Shown: in pieces, positions 63,570-64,000 of the stretch
Layout: each line of letters starts with the position of its first letter
Numbering within the stretch: position 1 is the first letter of the stretch
From: Vicugna vicugna
Lineage: Eukaryota
Direction of reading: 5' to 3'
DNA: 64,000 bases
NCBI GenBank assembly: GCA_013265495.1
Contig: MU062062.1
Span: 963,651 to 1,027,650, forward strand
Translations under genes and position numbers: made by a program
Notes under the pieces: generated by a model
Database searches by the model: none
What the model was told of the DNA's origin: nothing
The model's input: the letters and a program-made list of their open reading frames with translations, nothing else

Positions 63570-63850
63570 GGTGGGCCTGGCTGTGTGAGGTCAGGGAGCA
63601 TCAGGGTGGGCTCTGCTGAGGGCCCCCTTCCAGGCTTGCAGGCGGCGCCTTCTCACGGAGTCCTCCAGGTGAACAGCCAGCCGGGGTGACCCTTCCTCTT
63701 CTAAAAGGGCACCAGCCCTATCGGATGGTGCCTCACCCTCACGACCTCATTTAAACTTAAAAACCGCCCTTGAGACCCCATCTCCAAATGCCAGCCCACG
63801 GGGGTCAGGGCTCAACATGTAGATTCAAGGGACGTGATCCAACCCCAGCG
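63570..63850 (-). mobile_element. MaLR LTR (MLT1A/B-like), antisense
   Basis: ctgctgagggcccccttcc...ggcgccttctc...aagggcaccagccc...caccctcacgacctcatttaaacttaa...ccccatctccaaat...gggggtcagggctcaacatgt matches antisense MLT1A/B. Confidence 0.8.
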
Positions 63851-64000
63851 GGAGGCCATGGGCCCCACCGTCCACGAGCTGAACGTGGGACTGCCACCCT
63901 CCCCACCCCCGGTCTCTCTAAACCCAAGACCTCATCGCCCAGAGAACACTTGGAATCTCATGGAAACGCTAAGTGTAGCTTACCAAATGGTAGCAGTGAG

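Noticed and set aside
553-63689. The remaining ORF-track entries as protein-coding genes
   Set aside because: The track uses alternative starts and is not splice-aware. No entry matches a protein family I recognise except fragments explained by L1 or ERV fossils
1-64000. CRISPR array, operons, rRNA/tRNA genes or prokaryotic defence systems
   Set aside because: No regularly spaced repeat-spacer array and no such genes seen; the repeat content is mammalian

Overview
This is mammalian, not prokaryotic, genomic DNA. It is GC- and CpG-rich in the way subtelomeric regions are, and it contains one 101-N assembly gap (48485-48585). A Vic-1-like tRNA-derived SINE at ~27.5 kb points to a camelid. I cannot confidently assign any protein-coding exon or gene name, and the ORF track looks like GC-rich noise. 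The window reads as intron/intergenic DNA with ancient L1, L2, MIR and MaLR/ERVL fossils, microsatellites and several CpG-dense regulatory-looking blocks. The most interesting structure is a minus-strand class I (ERV1/gamma-like) retroviral fossil at ~48.3-50.2 kb. It has a frameshifted integrase (HHCC, core, C-terminal domain), an env cytoplasmic-tail remnant, and then a CpG island with GC-box repeats and a TATA box where the 3' LTR should be, possibly driving a spliced minus-strand transcript. A second minus-strand 5'-exon candidate, ending in ATG|GTAAGA, lies at ~21.8-22.0 kb. Repeat subfamily calls come from remembered consensus sequences and need Dfam/RepeatMasker confirmation. Nothing here supports a CRISPR array or a prokaryotic system.
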